Notes under the pieces: generated by a model
The model's input: the letters and a program-made list of their open reading frames with translations, nothing else
Databases searched by the model: none
Told to the model about the DNA's origin: nothing
Shown here: piece after piece, positions 39,720 through 53,669 of the stretch
Layout: each line of letters opens with the position of its first letter
Numbering within the stretch: the first letter of the stretch is position 1
Assembly (NCBI GenBank): GCA_964304625.1
Contig: OZ199839.1
Coordinates: 633,416 to 697,415 of the forward strand
Length of the DNA stretch: 64,000 bases
Direction: 5' to 3'
Source: Kudoa neothunni
Lineage: Eukaryota; Animalia; Cnidaria
Made by a program: the position numbers and the translations under genes

Positions 39720-40738
39720 ATAGAAAACTATCGGAAATATAATAAACGGCACCTTTAAAAGAACAATGAAAGAAGAGGGCCAACTGAGTTACCCGGACGA
39801 TTTATTTTATATTCCAGCAGGGAAAATAACTTATGTTTGCTCAAAGCATTTATTCAAAAGTTGATTTATTTAAATTCGTTATAGTAAAGATTTCCAAATC
39901 ATATTTTCCCCTCTAATAACATTCTTTTTCGATATTATTAATTCCACCGGAAAAATGACTACACTAAATTATCCAATTCGCAAATATTTGAACGGGATTG
40001 CCTTTGGCCAATTGAGTAATTAAGATGTCTAGAAATAATAATGGCGGATATTTCGACCAAGACGATAACATTTTGCCGTTCGTCATTAAGAAAAATTTGT
40101 TCTGCTGTCTTCCACCGCCGTGAAACGCTTGGTTGAGGAAACCGGATTATTAAAATTGACGACTGTTTGTTACGCAAGAATAATAGGGGTCGTTACCTTC
40201 AAATAGATCGCTGGAGCAATACACCAAACGAAATGTATATTCCCAGCGATTGTTATAACGAAAGTTCTGAGGATGTTTCCATTATAGAACAATACGACGG
40301 CTGCATTAGAGGGTCATCGATAGTAGGTATCTATGAATGCGATGTTAATGATGAAGGACACCGCATATTGTTAGAATACAGGTATATTATTGTTGATCGA
40401 AGGGATAAGCAGACACTTATTCCCCTCATTCTACAATAAGTTAGCCATGGGCTAAAACTTTCAATGATGAATGAAAAGACTACCGAACATTTTGATATTA
40501 CTTTTATAACCATATAACCATATAACAGCCAACCATTCAAACTAATATGTGGTCTTCATACAAAGACAATCGAGATAGTTTGGCACCACCAACAACAAAG
40601 ATACTACGTTGAATGAGTGGTTTTCCGAGGACTCAGTTGAATTCATATTTAATCGAAGAATCAATGCATTCCAAATATAAAGATCAATGAAAATTTTTCA
40701 ACTTTATTTTAAACAACATTTCACGAATATATTTGTAA
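39720..40738 (+). pseudogene. Merlin/IS1595-family transposase remnant
   Basis: IIKIDDCLLRKNNRGR, IVDRRDKQTLIPLI, GLHTKTIEIVW and QLNSYLIE, interrupted by stops and frameshifts. TIRs not located. Confidence 0.85.
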
Positions 40739-41292
40739 AACGCATATATTTTATCAGATATTTATTAGATAATCTTTTTTTATATTTTTTAAACTCTAAA
40801 TTTATCTTGAACCATAAATAATTCGACATGAAATTAATTATTTATTAATCAAAAAATCTTAAACAGTATGAAAAATGCATTTCTCGAAGATTCATCTAGA
40901 CACTTGAATTTCGTGAATATATAATTAAAGCGATTTCATTAGCGTAATTTTCATATTTAAAAAATAATTATAATGCTTCTTGACATATTTTCAAGTTTTC
41001 AAAATAGATATAATAAATACAGCATGAGCCCCAAGTTATTTTGATTATTAGATATTTAAAAAAGTATCATAATTGTTTCGCTTTTATAAAGGATTAATTG
41101 TAAAATACCTTTCACGCGCTATCACATCAAGCCTGATTTGTGCTGGGCGCTGATTTCTATTTTATCTGAGATATTCATTAAAAAATTAAAATTATTATTA
41201 AATTTAAAATTGATTAACCCAATCTATGTATAAAATTTGTTACTTATCGCCAAACCGAATATTACCGACTTATTCCTATAACTTGACCCAAA

Positions 41293-44200
41293 ATGCAGGT
41301 CAGCTCCAATGAAAGTTCTGATGAAGATAATCAGTCAACAATTGTTGCTGGAGAGACGACAATTTTGCTGGAACCAGTTAAATTTGAATTGGGGATTAAT
41401 TCGCAAAAAAGTCAATTGAATGGTACTTAAATTTTTTTTATTATTGTTATATTGTTCATATAGATGTGGATATATTAAATCAACCAAAGACTATTCATTT
41501 AGGTATTTCATATGTTTAAGTTTATAAGAATTAATCGTTATACGATGTAGAAATAAACTCTAAAAAGAATACCATAAAAAATGAAAAGTATCCTTTTGAT
41601 TTCATTAGGATAAATATAAAATTGAATTAGAAAAAGACCCAAAAATATTGGCGATTGGGATAAACATACATCCGGATTTGGAATGAAGATGTTGCTTAAA
41701 ATGGGCTATAAAGTTGGGGAAGGTCTAGGCAAAGATGCATCTGTAAGTATTGATATATTTTTGTCTAATCGGTTGTAAATGGTCAACTTCAGTTGTGTTA
41801 AATACTTGAATTTATCATCGAATGATTAATCATAATTCGATTCAATGTCATATAATTTAATATCTGAGATATAATCATTTTTAGGGTATAGTGGAGCCTA
41901 TCCAAGCGACATTAAGGCAAAAAAGGTCTGGGCTTGGGGCCGATGGACCGGAGTTAGATGTTGCTTACAATCATAACAAAGTTCCAACAGATCAAATCTA
42001 CAAAGAACAACAATCTAAAGCGATTCCATTGTGGAAAAAGTCATCTAAAAAAGTAGTGGTTTTAGGCGGTATATTATTAAACCTTGTGTGCTCAATATAG
42101 AAAGAGAAATATCTCTATAAAACACTCGAAGAGATTGATGTGACGCAGTTTTTGGTAATTTTTGTAGTATTTTTAATTTTAGACTGAAAGCCAGAAATTG
42201 GGCGATAAACAAACACCAAATAGAGAAAACCGACTATCTCATGTTAAGGTTTTGTCTCGTATTGTTATCCTATTATTGGAATTGTGTTTAAGGTGATTGA
42301 TATGCGTGAGAGGGAAATGCAAGTTCATAATGATTATGACACGTTTTCTAAAATTGAGATGGAAAAGAAGAAACGAGTTTTTCGTCGTTTTGATGTCCCT
42401 GAGTTAGTTCTCAACTTGAAACAGCTTATCAGTATATCAGAGGACAAAATATCTACTTTGTGTCGAAAGTAAGTCGTAACTAGGGCTTTAATCCCGAGTA
42501 TTGAGAATTGGGAATTGAGAATAAACTTTTACGAGATTTAAAATGTCGATATATTCTACATATAATTGAGGTTTATGCAAGTTGAATTTCATAGTCGAAA
42601 TAAAGTCGTGAATGCTATAGATTTACGAGCTTTTTCTTATCTTTACCAACAGTTTTGCTGATCTTTATAAAACGAACGAAAAATCGATCGATTAAATCGT
42701 CTGAGATAAGGTGTTCTATAATTTATTGGGGCTGTTGCTATTGGGCTAATTAGTTTAATCTTAAGTCGCAGCTTTCAAATTTTATGTGCTATAATCCACT
42801 ATGAAATAATGCATTGGGAATTTTAAAAATTAAAACTATGTTTTTTCACCTCGTTAACTTTGCAAAAAGTTATTGGATTTTATTATTCTCCATTACTTAA
42901 TGATTTGTTGATGAATAATTATCATTTAAAGATACTAGTAAGATAGTTTATTAATAAATATTTCGTTTTTACGATTTAAGCTGACATACATTAAAATAAG
43001 CTAGGTATAATTATTTAATCAATAATGAACAAATTGTAGATAAATAATTTCACCATCCATATATCTGTATCATTGGATTATTGAAAAAAAACTACAAGTC
43101 TGGTTGTCAATTCCGTGAAATTTTCTTTGCTATTATATTATTACATACATCGGTTTAAAATATATGTAAAAAAGTTTTTGATTATATTAATAATACAGAA
43201 ATTTATAGTACTTGAGGCGCTTCAATCTCGCCTGTTATTACAAATCACTTTAGAGATTAAAAACAATTATTAAAATTTTACTATAAAACAAATAAATAGA
43301 TATATTTAATTAGATTAAAAAATTATTCGTAGTGTTTATACTCCGCGAAATTGAACATTATAACTTTAAATATCAAGATTTTAACAGTAATTGATGATAA
43401 ACGATTCCTAAATAAGAATAAAGAGTATAAGAATATAAGATTATAGATATTAAGGCTTTACCAGTTTACGAACAAAAAAATCAATTATCACATACGCTAT
43501 TATTGTGATCAATTTTAAAATTGGATTTATCTCAAAACTACAATTTTAATTTTAATCTTTTTATTGTTGTATTTATAATTAATTCTTTATTCTAAAATTC
43601 AGTTCCCTCGTTGAATTCTTTAATTATATAAACATTTATAATTTCCTGTTAATGAAAATATTATTATAAATAAATATTATCGTAATTTCTTTTATATATT
43701 AGCAAAAGTCAACCTAAAACATGCGGCTGTGGTTAAAATACTCATATTAATCCCTTATGGAGCGCCTTAGACTCCAAGAGTATAGGGATTAAAAAATATC
43801 AATCTTATGATTAGGAATTTTGGAAAAAATATGCTCGTTACTCAATTCATTGGCTGAACTTACATCCGATGCTTTTATATTTTCTAAGCAATCGGTTAGT
43901 TCATCATACGTTATACTTTCGCAGCCCAATGTCATTTTAATCATATCAATTGAATAAGCTCTAAATCGATATGATACCACAAAAATTCGTATTTCTAATT
44001 TAACAAAACATCAGGTTCTTAACAGCAAATTTAAAATAATGTAATTTTAAAAAATTAAACCAAACATAACGAAGATAAATTTTATGCATATACTTAAACT
44101 CGAATTTTAACAACAGAAAGGTGTCATTTAATGTATAGGTTGGCTTGTGGAGCACAAGATGATCCATTAAGAGTTAAATTTAAGGTTCAGTCTTCATTGA

Positions 44201-46785
44201 TTAACATTGACAAATAAAGAAACAAGCTATAATAACAAAAATATAAAACATCATTTAAATGAGTATTTGCACTCAAATTTAACCACCCGCAATATTAAGA
44301 TAGAATCTTCTTTCTCTAATTATGAAGTTACTCTGTGTTTGAAGCATCAAGTTAGTCTCGATACTCGAGTTTTGAACATCCCACAAATGTCTATTGGTCG
44401 CAACATTAATTATTGGTGTAGGAAACACACAAACCAAGATCTCCTCGTTAGTTATATATACGAGGTGGAATCACTTCAAAATCAATTAGATAACTGTTCT
44501 AGTGAGAGAAATAAAATGACTTCCATTGTTGATATGCTAGAAAAGTATGTTGAGAAATAAGCTGTTGTGGTTTTTAACCAATTAAAACGATTTTAGTTGT
44601 ATTGTGGCACCAAACGCTAATTCGAAGAATTCTCCATTAAATTCTTTAAAATTGCCGAATCCTGTTGAAGCTCTCGATTACAATTTAAATGTGCTAGAAA
44701 AGTTGGTCAATTTCCACGAATATTTCGTAACTATGCTCTCAACGATTCATACTATTAAGATTATTAAGGAATATGGATTGTGTGATTTATGCGGTCCATT
44801 GTTTGTTGGTTGGATTGACATACTACTTATTACTGTCAACCCCAATATACTACAGCTGAATGATAGTGTGGTTGAATTTTTTAAAAAGTGGTGTGAGTTT
44901 TCACAAAAAGAAAACGAGCAGCGAATTCTGTTTGATGTTTCCATCTCCACCCAACCAATCACAACCAGTTTTGAGATGTACGAAAAAGTTCTCTGGTTTA
45001 TGATATTACCCAGATTGAAAGAAGTGATCAAGTAAGTATATTTAGTTTTGGTATTTTTGTATTAATTTTACTCGTTGATTATAGTGGATATAACCAACCG
45101 GTTTATTTTTCCAACCAATTGGTGGATTTCTTGGACAAATGGATGGATTTATTCCCAAAATGGTTTAGACAACATCTGTTTGACCATCTGATCTATCCGA
45201 AATTGAAGGTATTTTTTAAGTGTGTTGTTTCTAATTGATTTTTTGCGTTGACTCAGAACTTTGTTGAGCAATGGAATCCGAAGGATAGATCGGTTGCTCT
45301 AGCTCATGAATGGATTCTTCCATGGATCCCACTGTTCGTTGATCGGTTCGAAATCACCGACCAGCTCTTTTATATGGTTCAAATGAAGTTGTGCTCACTG
45401 CTAAGGGAGTGGAATCCATGCGATCGTTCAATCAAGAGTGTGATCACTCCTTGGTTGGATAAATTCTCAGAAAAATCTGTTAAAAATATAATGCAAAATA
45501 TGATCGTTCCAAAACTGGAGCTTCTGCTGTTGAACGACTTTGAAATTAATCCTTCAGACCAAGTTATTGGTAAGGCAAACGACCACTATCATACCATACA
45601 ATAATTTCTGCATAATAATAATAATAATAATACTCAATCAATCAGTCGATTGATCGATTTTTAATGGCTCAAAATTTTTAGAACCATTTCAAGATTTTAT
45701 GGATTGGTATTCGATTGTGCCAGATCAACACATGGTGGGACTGTTAAATAAACATTTTTTCAAAAAATGGCATTCCATTTTACACTGCTGGCTGAATCAA
45801 GAAGCCCCTAATTACGAAGAAATCGCCATTTGGTAAGTACATCAATATTAAACCCGCTACCTTTAACTATTTTCTGGTGGAACCAACTCCACAGTTTTTT
45901 CGAGACCAAATTTTGTTCACAAGAATACTTGTTTTAAAAGAAATACTCTCAATGCGCATATATTGGCGCTTTTTAAATACTATTTCGATATTAACATATC
46001 ATTTCTAGGTATAAAGGATGGAAAAGTTTGATACCGAAGTCTTTGGTTGAGTATGAATCTACCCAAAGTGAGTTAATTAATTATGTTTGACGAGAAATTA
46101 ATTACACATATATCATCGAAAATTTAATAAGTATCACATTAATAGTTCATTCGTTTGTGATAATTTGAATTTGGTGCGATTTTATATGCTCAAAATTGTT
46201 GATAATGTAGCTCAAGGTTAACAAATATTTACACAATTTTCTCTAGAGAATCTCTCATTAGCCTTACACATGATCAACTATTCGTCCCAAGGAATCGATA
46301 TTGGAGATACACTCGAACAATTCATTGCCAAGTAACATTGGTTGATCTTGATGAGCTTGTAAATGGATTATACTTTGGTAGATATGAGGAAGAATCCAAA
46401 CGACAAACCCCAAAGATCTCGTCGCCGCCTCCTACGCAACAAGTATTCTTCTTTTCGGCAAATCATTCGTACGATAATCATAAAACAATAGAATACTGCC
46501 ACTATTAAAGTGAGCAATTTCTCAACCAACAACTTCAAAGATATCATCGAACAATATGCCAGTGAGCGGGATATATTATTTAGACCGCTAGCCTCCAATA
46601 GTATCAGTTACAGTGATGGAAAAACTTATTATCAATTCGGAAATGCGGTCATCTTCATCGATCGTGGGGTCATATTTGTGAAGACACCAACCGATGGTAA
46701 CCAGAACAAATTGACCGCTAGTTCCACAGTTAAATGGCATCCTATTTCACTTCAGGACCTCATTGAATCGGCTGTTCAATATTAG
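41293..46785 (+). CDS. TFIP11: Tuftelin-interacting protein 11 (spliceosome disassembly factor, G-patch + GCFC), multi-exon
   Basis: G-patch WDKHTSGFGMKMLLKMGYKVGEGLGKDAS-GIVEPIQ; VKVIDMR; VPELVLNL; HEWILPWIP; FEINPSDQ; PNYEEIAIWYKGWKSLIP; C-terminal FKDIIEQYA...YQFG...IDRGVIFV...WHPISLQDL. Confidence 0.95.
43751..44173. mobile_element. piggyBac-like MITE in a TFIP11 intron
   Basis: TTAA on both flanks; imperfect TIRs TCCCTTATGGAGCGCCTTAGACTCCA / TGGAGCACAAGATGATCCATTAAGAG. Confidence 0.5.
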
Positions 46786-47969
46786 AATTGGGTTGTGGAT
46801 GGTGACAAAGATTTCCAACCTAATGTTGTATTATATTTTAGTATGACTTGTATCTGTCTTGCTTTTTTATCATTGCACGTGCCTGTTTATCAAATTTTTA
46901 TTTTCATAGATCCACTAATTAATAGATGCAAGAATGCTGCTCGCAGCTTCATCATGAAAATGTTTAAAAATGATTCCATATTTTCTTCATACTTCGTCTT
47001 CGTCACACATCCCTTGCTTTCTTTATAATTTTGAACTTTATTCTTTTCGCAATGGTAATGAACATTTTAATAATCAGTCTCCAGAAATAATGTGATCATT
47101 CGTGCGATTTTTGATAAACTTCTTCACCTGTGCCGATGAATCTTTAATTTAAATGGCCTTCCTATTTCCTGCCACGTCTGAATTTTTCAACCTACATTTT
47201 TATGGCATCTTTGATTGTTTTTATTGAGATTAAACACCGTATTATTCTAATTTTATCGACAAAATATTTTTTTATTTTTATTGTAAATCAAAATATTGGC
47301 TAAATGAAATAATGATAATTATTTAAGATAAAAATTCCAATGTAATTATTCTCATAATTAAAATCTTAAATCACGCAATATCCAATTAATAAATTTTCAC
47401 TAAAAATAAAAAATTACAATGTAAAATAAGATAATAAATTCCGAATAGCAAAATCAAGCTACATCCGCAATACATACTTCCGAGTTTGGCGACTAGCATT
47501 GAATGTATGTTTTTAACCGCTGTAATATAACATTCTTATTTCACTTTTTATTGTACAAAAAAAGGAAAACCGATCATAAATAAAATCTGCCCCGCTAATA
47601 GACATAACCTTTAATTTTTGTGATATCTGATAAACTACGAAAACAATTTAATAATCGTGTATTGTAATAATTATTAGAGAGATAAGCAATGCTACGGTTA
47701 TTTTCTTCTACAGAAAACGTCGAAGAATTCACTTACAATACACAATACCCAATACAGTCAGGGAGTAAATAACTTGGAAGATAAATTTAATTGTTCATAT
47801 CGACAACAATCGAAAATGTGATTATGCTTTTATTAAAAAAACAATTCAATAATAGGAATTGTTGGTGAGTAGAAAATTAGCAAATAATACTTTGAATTGA
47901 GAAATTAATCCCAGATTATTAGACAATAAAACATACAAAACAATATTAAAACCTAAAAAATGAGCACAA

Positions 47970-49884
47970 TTAATCTCTTTCCAAGACATTTGAGTACAAA
48001 AATTGCAGCTGAAATGCTTCGGCCAGTAGCACAGCTATATCTTCTTCTGTCCAGGTGTGGGTTGGTAGATTTTGGATGAAATAGCTTACTTCCTAAAACC
48101 GCAATTAAGACATTAATAAGAAAAAAATTAAGTGCATCAGCAGACCATATTATTTAATACTGCGATCACAACTAATAAAGCCTACTTGAAAATCCTGAAG
48201 CCGTACAATGATACTTGAGAATTTTATGAGAAAAGCGGCGCACACAAATAAATGTAGTCGATCAAAATTGCCATTTTCAGACTAAACCAACAATTCTCAA
48301 CCAATCACTCACACCAACTATTACAAAATAGGTGTCCCACAATCGAATAGTGCATTCGATAGGGATCTCCCGAACCAAAATATTATTCATCCATCTAAGA
48401 CTGAATTGGAGAAATTGAATATTGATATCAGTAAGAAATTGATATAAACGCTCTATTATTCACATACAAATAACAAACTACATTAAGTGACCGCGTACTG
48501 TCTGCAAAAGATATAATTTTTTCAAGAAGTCGTACACGTTTTTGAATTCCAGGTTGGTCCGGTGTATAATTATCCTGTATGGATATCAGATATGACTACT
48601 AATTTAACCCAAGTTTTATCACTTGAATCCCATCTAACAAATGAGAAAATGTCCAATAAATATCTGATTCGACTTGATTTAACTTTTCGCTGGATAGAAA
48701 CTTGGAAATATTATCCACATCGTAATTTTTACCTACACACAACAACAATGTGTGTGTGTAATTTTAAATTATTTAACATCTAATACAAATTAAATCACCC
48801 AAGTATTCATAAAGATAAACTATTAGAAAAGGTGCAATAAGATCGTTGATGCCTTGGACGTAACCACACGCAGGATGGCGAATAGCCCAAATAAACAACA
48901 CTCTCTCGTATAACTACATAAGGAACAGATTATAAAATATACCAAATACAGGAGGGATTTTTCACAAAACCCCCATTCTCAAAAAAACAACAACTGCTCG
49001 ACCAATTCAATAACCTCAAGATATTAATCAGGAACAAAATTACATCAATTATTTCCTGGTTTTGAAGTAAAACCAAATTGGGATGGGTTCTCGGTATGTC
49101 TATTATAATCTTCAACGACATCGGTTCAGTCAAAAAAATGAATAAAAACAAAAAAGTTGGTTACTTGTCGATAATATTCATCATTTGCAGAATTGTTTCT
49201 ATAACAAAAATATTGTTGAACGAAATTTTGGTACTCCTGACGTTTCCTAATCAGAGTATCTTGTTGGTTTTCAATTTTCGCAGGTATATACCCCTAGTAT
49301 AATTTAAAATTAGTAGAATAAAACTTATCATCTTATTAGGTGGTTAGATTGTCAGAAGAATTTGGGTTGAATAAAATACCGTCAACATTCTCCAAACTTT
49401 ACCACGTAAACACCATGGTATTCCGTTCCATGATAATTCCGCAAGAATTTTCATATCGCATGTGGGCAATGACAACAATTGATGAAATTTTAAATGGTTG
49501 TAAGACTCATCATTACACAAATTAACATTGTTTTGTGTGTGTTGATTATTAGTAGACATACTGCTAGAGTTGGCGAGAATTTTTTCTGTTGACTCTCTAG
49601 TCCTATTAATGCTACTTTAATGGAATACCCCGGATGATTAACTCTAATCCTGTAGTATAATAATTTTTACTTTTTCCTCGCTATACTAGTATCCCCTGAA
49701 CAACTATTAAAACTACTCAATATTTGTATTTGATACCGTTTTCTTGCTTTATTTTGTAATGGTCTTTTTCTATATTTTCATGGTTTTTCGGTGGTACATG
49801 AGTTGATATAACATCCAGAGTATATTTATGATTTTTATCGATAGAAGACGCTGTGTTAAATTTTGAACGTCGAATATTTTCCAT
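47970..49884 (-). CDS. TBC1D22: TBC1D22/Gyp1 Rab GTPase-activating protein, multi-exon
   Basis: LSWNGIP..LRGKVWRMLTGYIP, IIIDIPRTHP (Arg finger), WAIRHPACGYVQGINDL (Gln finger), DGIQDNYT, LRWMNNILVRE, IRLWDTY, LLAEAF. Confidence 0.93.
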
Positions 49885-51034
49885 GGGGAAATTCCGGTCA
49901 AATCCTATATTCTCCAACAACAAATTTCAATGTTGTCGACTTAACAAAAGTAAACCAACTAACTAACAATGTTTGTTTTAATGCGCGTGCGCGAATCAGA
50001 ACGTCGGTATTTTACGTTTACTCCAAATAGGTTTTAACTTTCTCTGCTCATTCACACCCGATCACCATTGTTTGGTTCTCATTTCTCAACCTTATAGCTT
50101 TATTATTCGAGCTATCTTAATGGATTTCCTAAAGGATATAAACTGGAAATGCAGCATACATACTTAACTGACTATTCATCCTATTAAAATCGATAAACAA
50201 TTGGTCGAGTACTGTTGATTGTTTTAGTTGTGGCTCGACTGTCTAAATGTCTAAACGTGTTTGATTATCCGCCGATTAAATTGACCTTCTTATTCCTCTA
50301 TGGGCGATAAATTTGGAATTGTTTTGAGGAACACTGTCTATTTTGTTCACTCTATTATCTAATAAATAGATGGATTATGCTCAAACCCTAGTGATGAATT
50401 CGGAGTATTTTCTTTTCCATGGATACTAATTAGCTTCTATGGGGACAAGGTGTGGAATTCTTTTGTGGGCCAATGGATGAATATATTATTACCATGGAAA
50501 TAGATACAGTCGTTTCAACCGACCATTCTCAAAATGGTCAAAATAATCCTATCATTGGAAATTAAACAATATTTCCTCAATGAACTGCTTAGAAATAATT
50601 CCAATTTTCTGGTCTATACAAACTAGGTGTAAAATGAGTGGTAACACGTTAAATGTACAATTGATTTGTCTCACTTGAATTCCGGGATGTTCGATCGTGC
50701 TGAAGTAACAAATGATGGATAATATTAATAAAATTCTTAATTTCGAATCTTGCCTAAAAAATAAAGGAGTTAGGTTCGCAACCGTTTTTTTTAAATTCCC
50801 CATTTATCTTGGAAGCAAAATTCAGATTTCCTTTAAAGTTTTTTACCGGTTTAACTATGGCGGTGACAATTTTAAATCTCGTTGGCTTTTACTCGAAGTT
50901 GTTTATAGATTTGTTTTTTTAGATTTTTCTAAATTAAATTATTTCTTAACCATTCCTCCGCTTTTAAGATCAGAAATAATTAAAAATATTAAAGACACTT
51001 GAATATTGTTTACCATGAAAATGGTCATTTTCAG

Positions 51035-51065
<31 letters not shown>

Positions 51066-51104
51066 ATTATTAGACTACACCAATAAGAAATAAACTACTA
51101 ATAG

Positions 51105-51322
51105 TTTTGTAAATGGCTGTTAATTGCGTATTTCTAAAGGCGTTTTTAGAATTTCTGCCTAATTCTTATTGAGTTTAATAGTAATAGCCCTAGATAATAT
51201 AATTCCTTAGAAATCCTGAAGTACGTCACAAACCCATAATGCAAAAATTAAATAATATCCAATTTTGATGTTATTTAATTAACCCCCTGTCATTTAAATT
51301 TTACCCCCGGTGGAGAACCCCT
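51105..51322. mobile_element. Partial copy of the hAT MITE at 35563-35921
   Basis: Shared blocks GAAATCCT..A.TACGT.ACAAACC and ATCCAATTTTGATGT; terminal GAGAACCCCTA. Confidence 0.65.
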
Positions 51323-52346
51323 AAGTTAGATGATAACTTATTTATTGTTTTATTGAGGAGCATACTTTGCTTGTATGTAATTTTGGAGAGACAAGAATAA
51401 TTGTTGGTTGGTTTTGATTTAAGTCTTTTCTCACAACTGTTAAAAATATATAAATTAGTGTAATAGTTATTTATATAAGTGTTGAAAATTTATCAAGAAA
51501 ATAACCAAAAATTGTAGATATCTGGGCAGTTAAGGAAATAATGATTAATCAAAGGGTTTAACCCTCTAATGAATTTTGGGTAAATTTTTTCTCCAACAAG
51601 GAATTTCTGGATATTTGCAGCCCTCACAGAACTGAGCCAACGTTTTTAAAAGAATAAGGTTTCATGTTCATGTTACGTCCTGCGGTGCCTAAAGCGTTAA
51701 TGGAAGAGGTCTGACCAACGAGAATTCCACAACCTAATAAGTTGCGCCAGGGGTTTTACCTTGTAAACAAAAAAAACTTCCCTATTTTAAATTATCACTT
51801 ATAAGTGGTTAAAGCATATTTCTCATCAAAACCATGTTCGTATTAAATTATAATTCAATAGCAAACCATAATATTTTAGGCAGTCGAATTTTATAATATA
51901 ATGGCTTAACCATCTTATTTATTCAGTAATATTGAATATTAATTTTAAGGTAAAAAAATAACTCAGCAATAATGCTAAAAATTTTGTAATTATACGCGTC
52001 CAAAACAAAGGAGAATTTAAACGACGATTTAATATTTAATTTATAGCTTGTGGGTAGACATAATTTAGATTTAGAGAAACTATATCACTATGGCATGAAT
52101 GCTTTAATAAATGTTGATAAACATAGGTGAGAATCTGGATTAGAACTAGAGTTTTTGATTGATCAAATATGACTGAATAAATTAACAGTATTAACTCATA
52201 TAATTATAATTTATTCTCTAAAATTTAGGAAATTATTCTATTTGTTTTGGTATTTTGTTAGGTTGGAAATGATATCGTTCTCACGAAGTGCGTTATCCCA
52301 TTTCAAATGATCATCTTAAAACGATTACCAACTTAAACCTGTTAGA

Positions 52347-53571
52347 ATGAGTGAAGATAGCGATGAAAGCCAATGTGATAATATTTCAACTGATGAAAGT
52401 AATTTATGCGTTAATAAAGTAGAAAATAAGGTTTTTATTAATTCAAGGTTATGCACTAAGTGGTCAGTGTAGTACCGTGGATAGCAATCATTACAGGGGA
52501 GCAAGAGAGAACCGTCAGGTTGATTTTCAATATTGTATTACTTAAAGTACTGCCTGTTTAGAATTCAGTAATAATACAGGAGATATTATAGATTATTGAA
52601 AAAAGCTTAAAATTTTTTAAAAAAATTATCTATTATGAAACACAGATAATTATTATTAATTAATAAATTTTACGATTCTACAGTTAAATTTATAATATTT
52701 TCCTAAATAGTCAGCATAAAAATATGTTTTTATATATAACAATAAAATCGTTATATACTATATAGCTATTTAACAGATTTAAACATTCATTTGTTAGCAG
52801 TACAATAGGTTGATGGTGTAAAAATTTAACTATCCTAATAATACAATATATTATATTAAGTACATTGAGGATATTAAGCAAGAAAACTTTGATATTAAAT
52901 TACGTCTACACAGCTATGAAACGTCGATTAAAGTACAGGGTACCTATTGTGTTATTCTATTTCTATTATTTATAGAATTACAACAATATAATATCTAAAA
53001 AGGATAATGACATAGAAAATTTGAACAAAGTTGTCGAGGAATTGATAGAAGAAAATGAACGACTCAGAAAAACTGTAATACAACTCAAATCTAATATGTC
53101 TAAAACCAGCTGTAACATAATAACAAGAAACCCCCCACCCAACTACAATATTAGTAATAACAATGAAGAACCTGGTAAAAAAAAGTAGATTTAAATTTTA
53201 AATATTTAATGTGTTGGTGTTTTTCTTACGAGCTCTAATAATTAATATTTGTTTCATCATTGAAAAGGGCATTTAATTAAGTTGATAGGGATGACAGTGG
53301 TAAACTAGATGAAAAATATCTACAATACATACCTAAGAACGAAATTAATGATGATCACAATTGCAACTTTAGTAAACGCTACACTACCAACCCGAGAAAA
53401 CTATTTCATCCATGTGCACAGTCGGATTTATGTCGCAACAAGAGCACCATTTTTATAGATAAAAAACATGATTACACCAAAAAAAATATTAAAATGAATT
53501 TAATCAAAAGTATATTCAAACGATCCACAAAGAACCAATCAAAATCCTCCGATAAAAACGAACAAAAATAA
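52347..53571 (+). CDS. Small multi-exon protein with a CM1 (centrosomin N-terminal, gamma-TuRC-binding)-like motif and coiled coil
   Basis: Exons starting 52347 (MSEDSDESQ), 52448, ~52798, 52861, 52976 and 53282. YIEDIKQENFDIKLRLHSYE resembles the CM1 core I.ELKKENFNLKLRIYFLE and is followed by the coiled coil IENLNKVVEELIEENERLRK. Confidence 0.6.
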
Positions 53572-53669
53572 TATATTATATATGTTTAGTCCATTTGATA
53601 TGATTAAATTTATTACTTTATTTTTGAAATAGCTCCAAATCACAGTAAAACATATATTTATTCAATAGT

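Noticed and set aside
42481-42525. TAGGGCTTTAATCCCG, a hAT-like end in a TFIP11 intron
   Set aside because: No convincing partner TIR or TSD.
50020-51020. Possible gene divergent from TBC1D22
   Set aside because: GC-richer with some splice-like sites, but no consistent reading frame on either strand.
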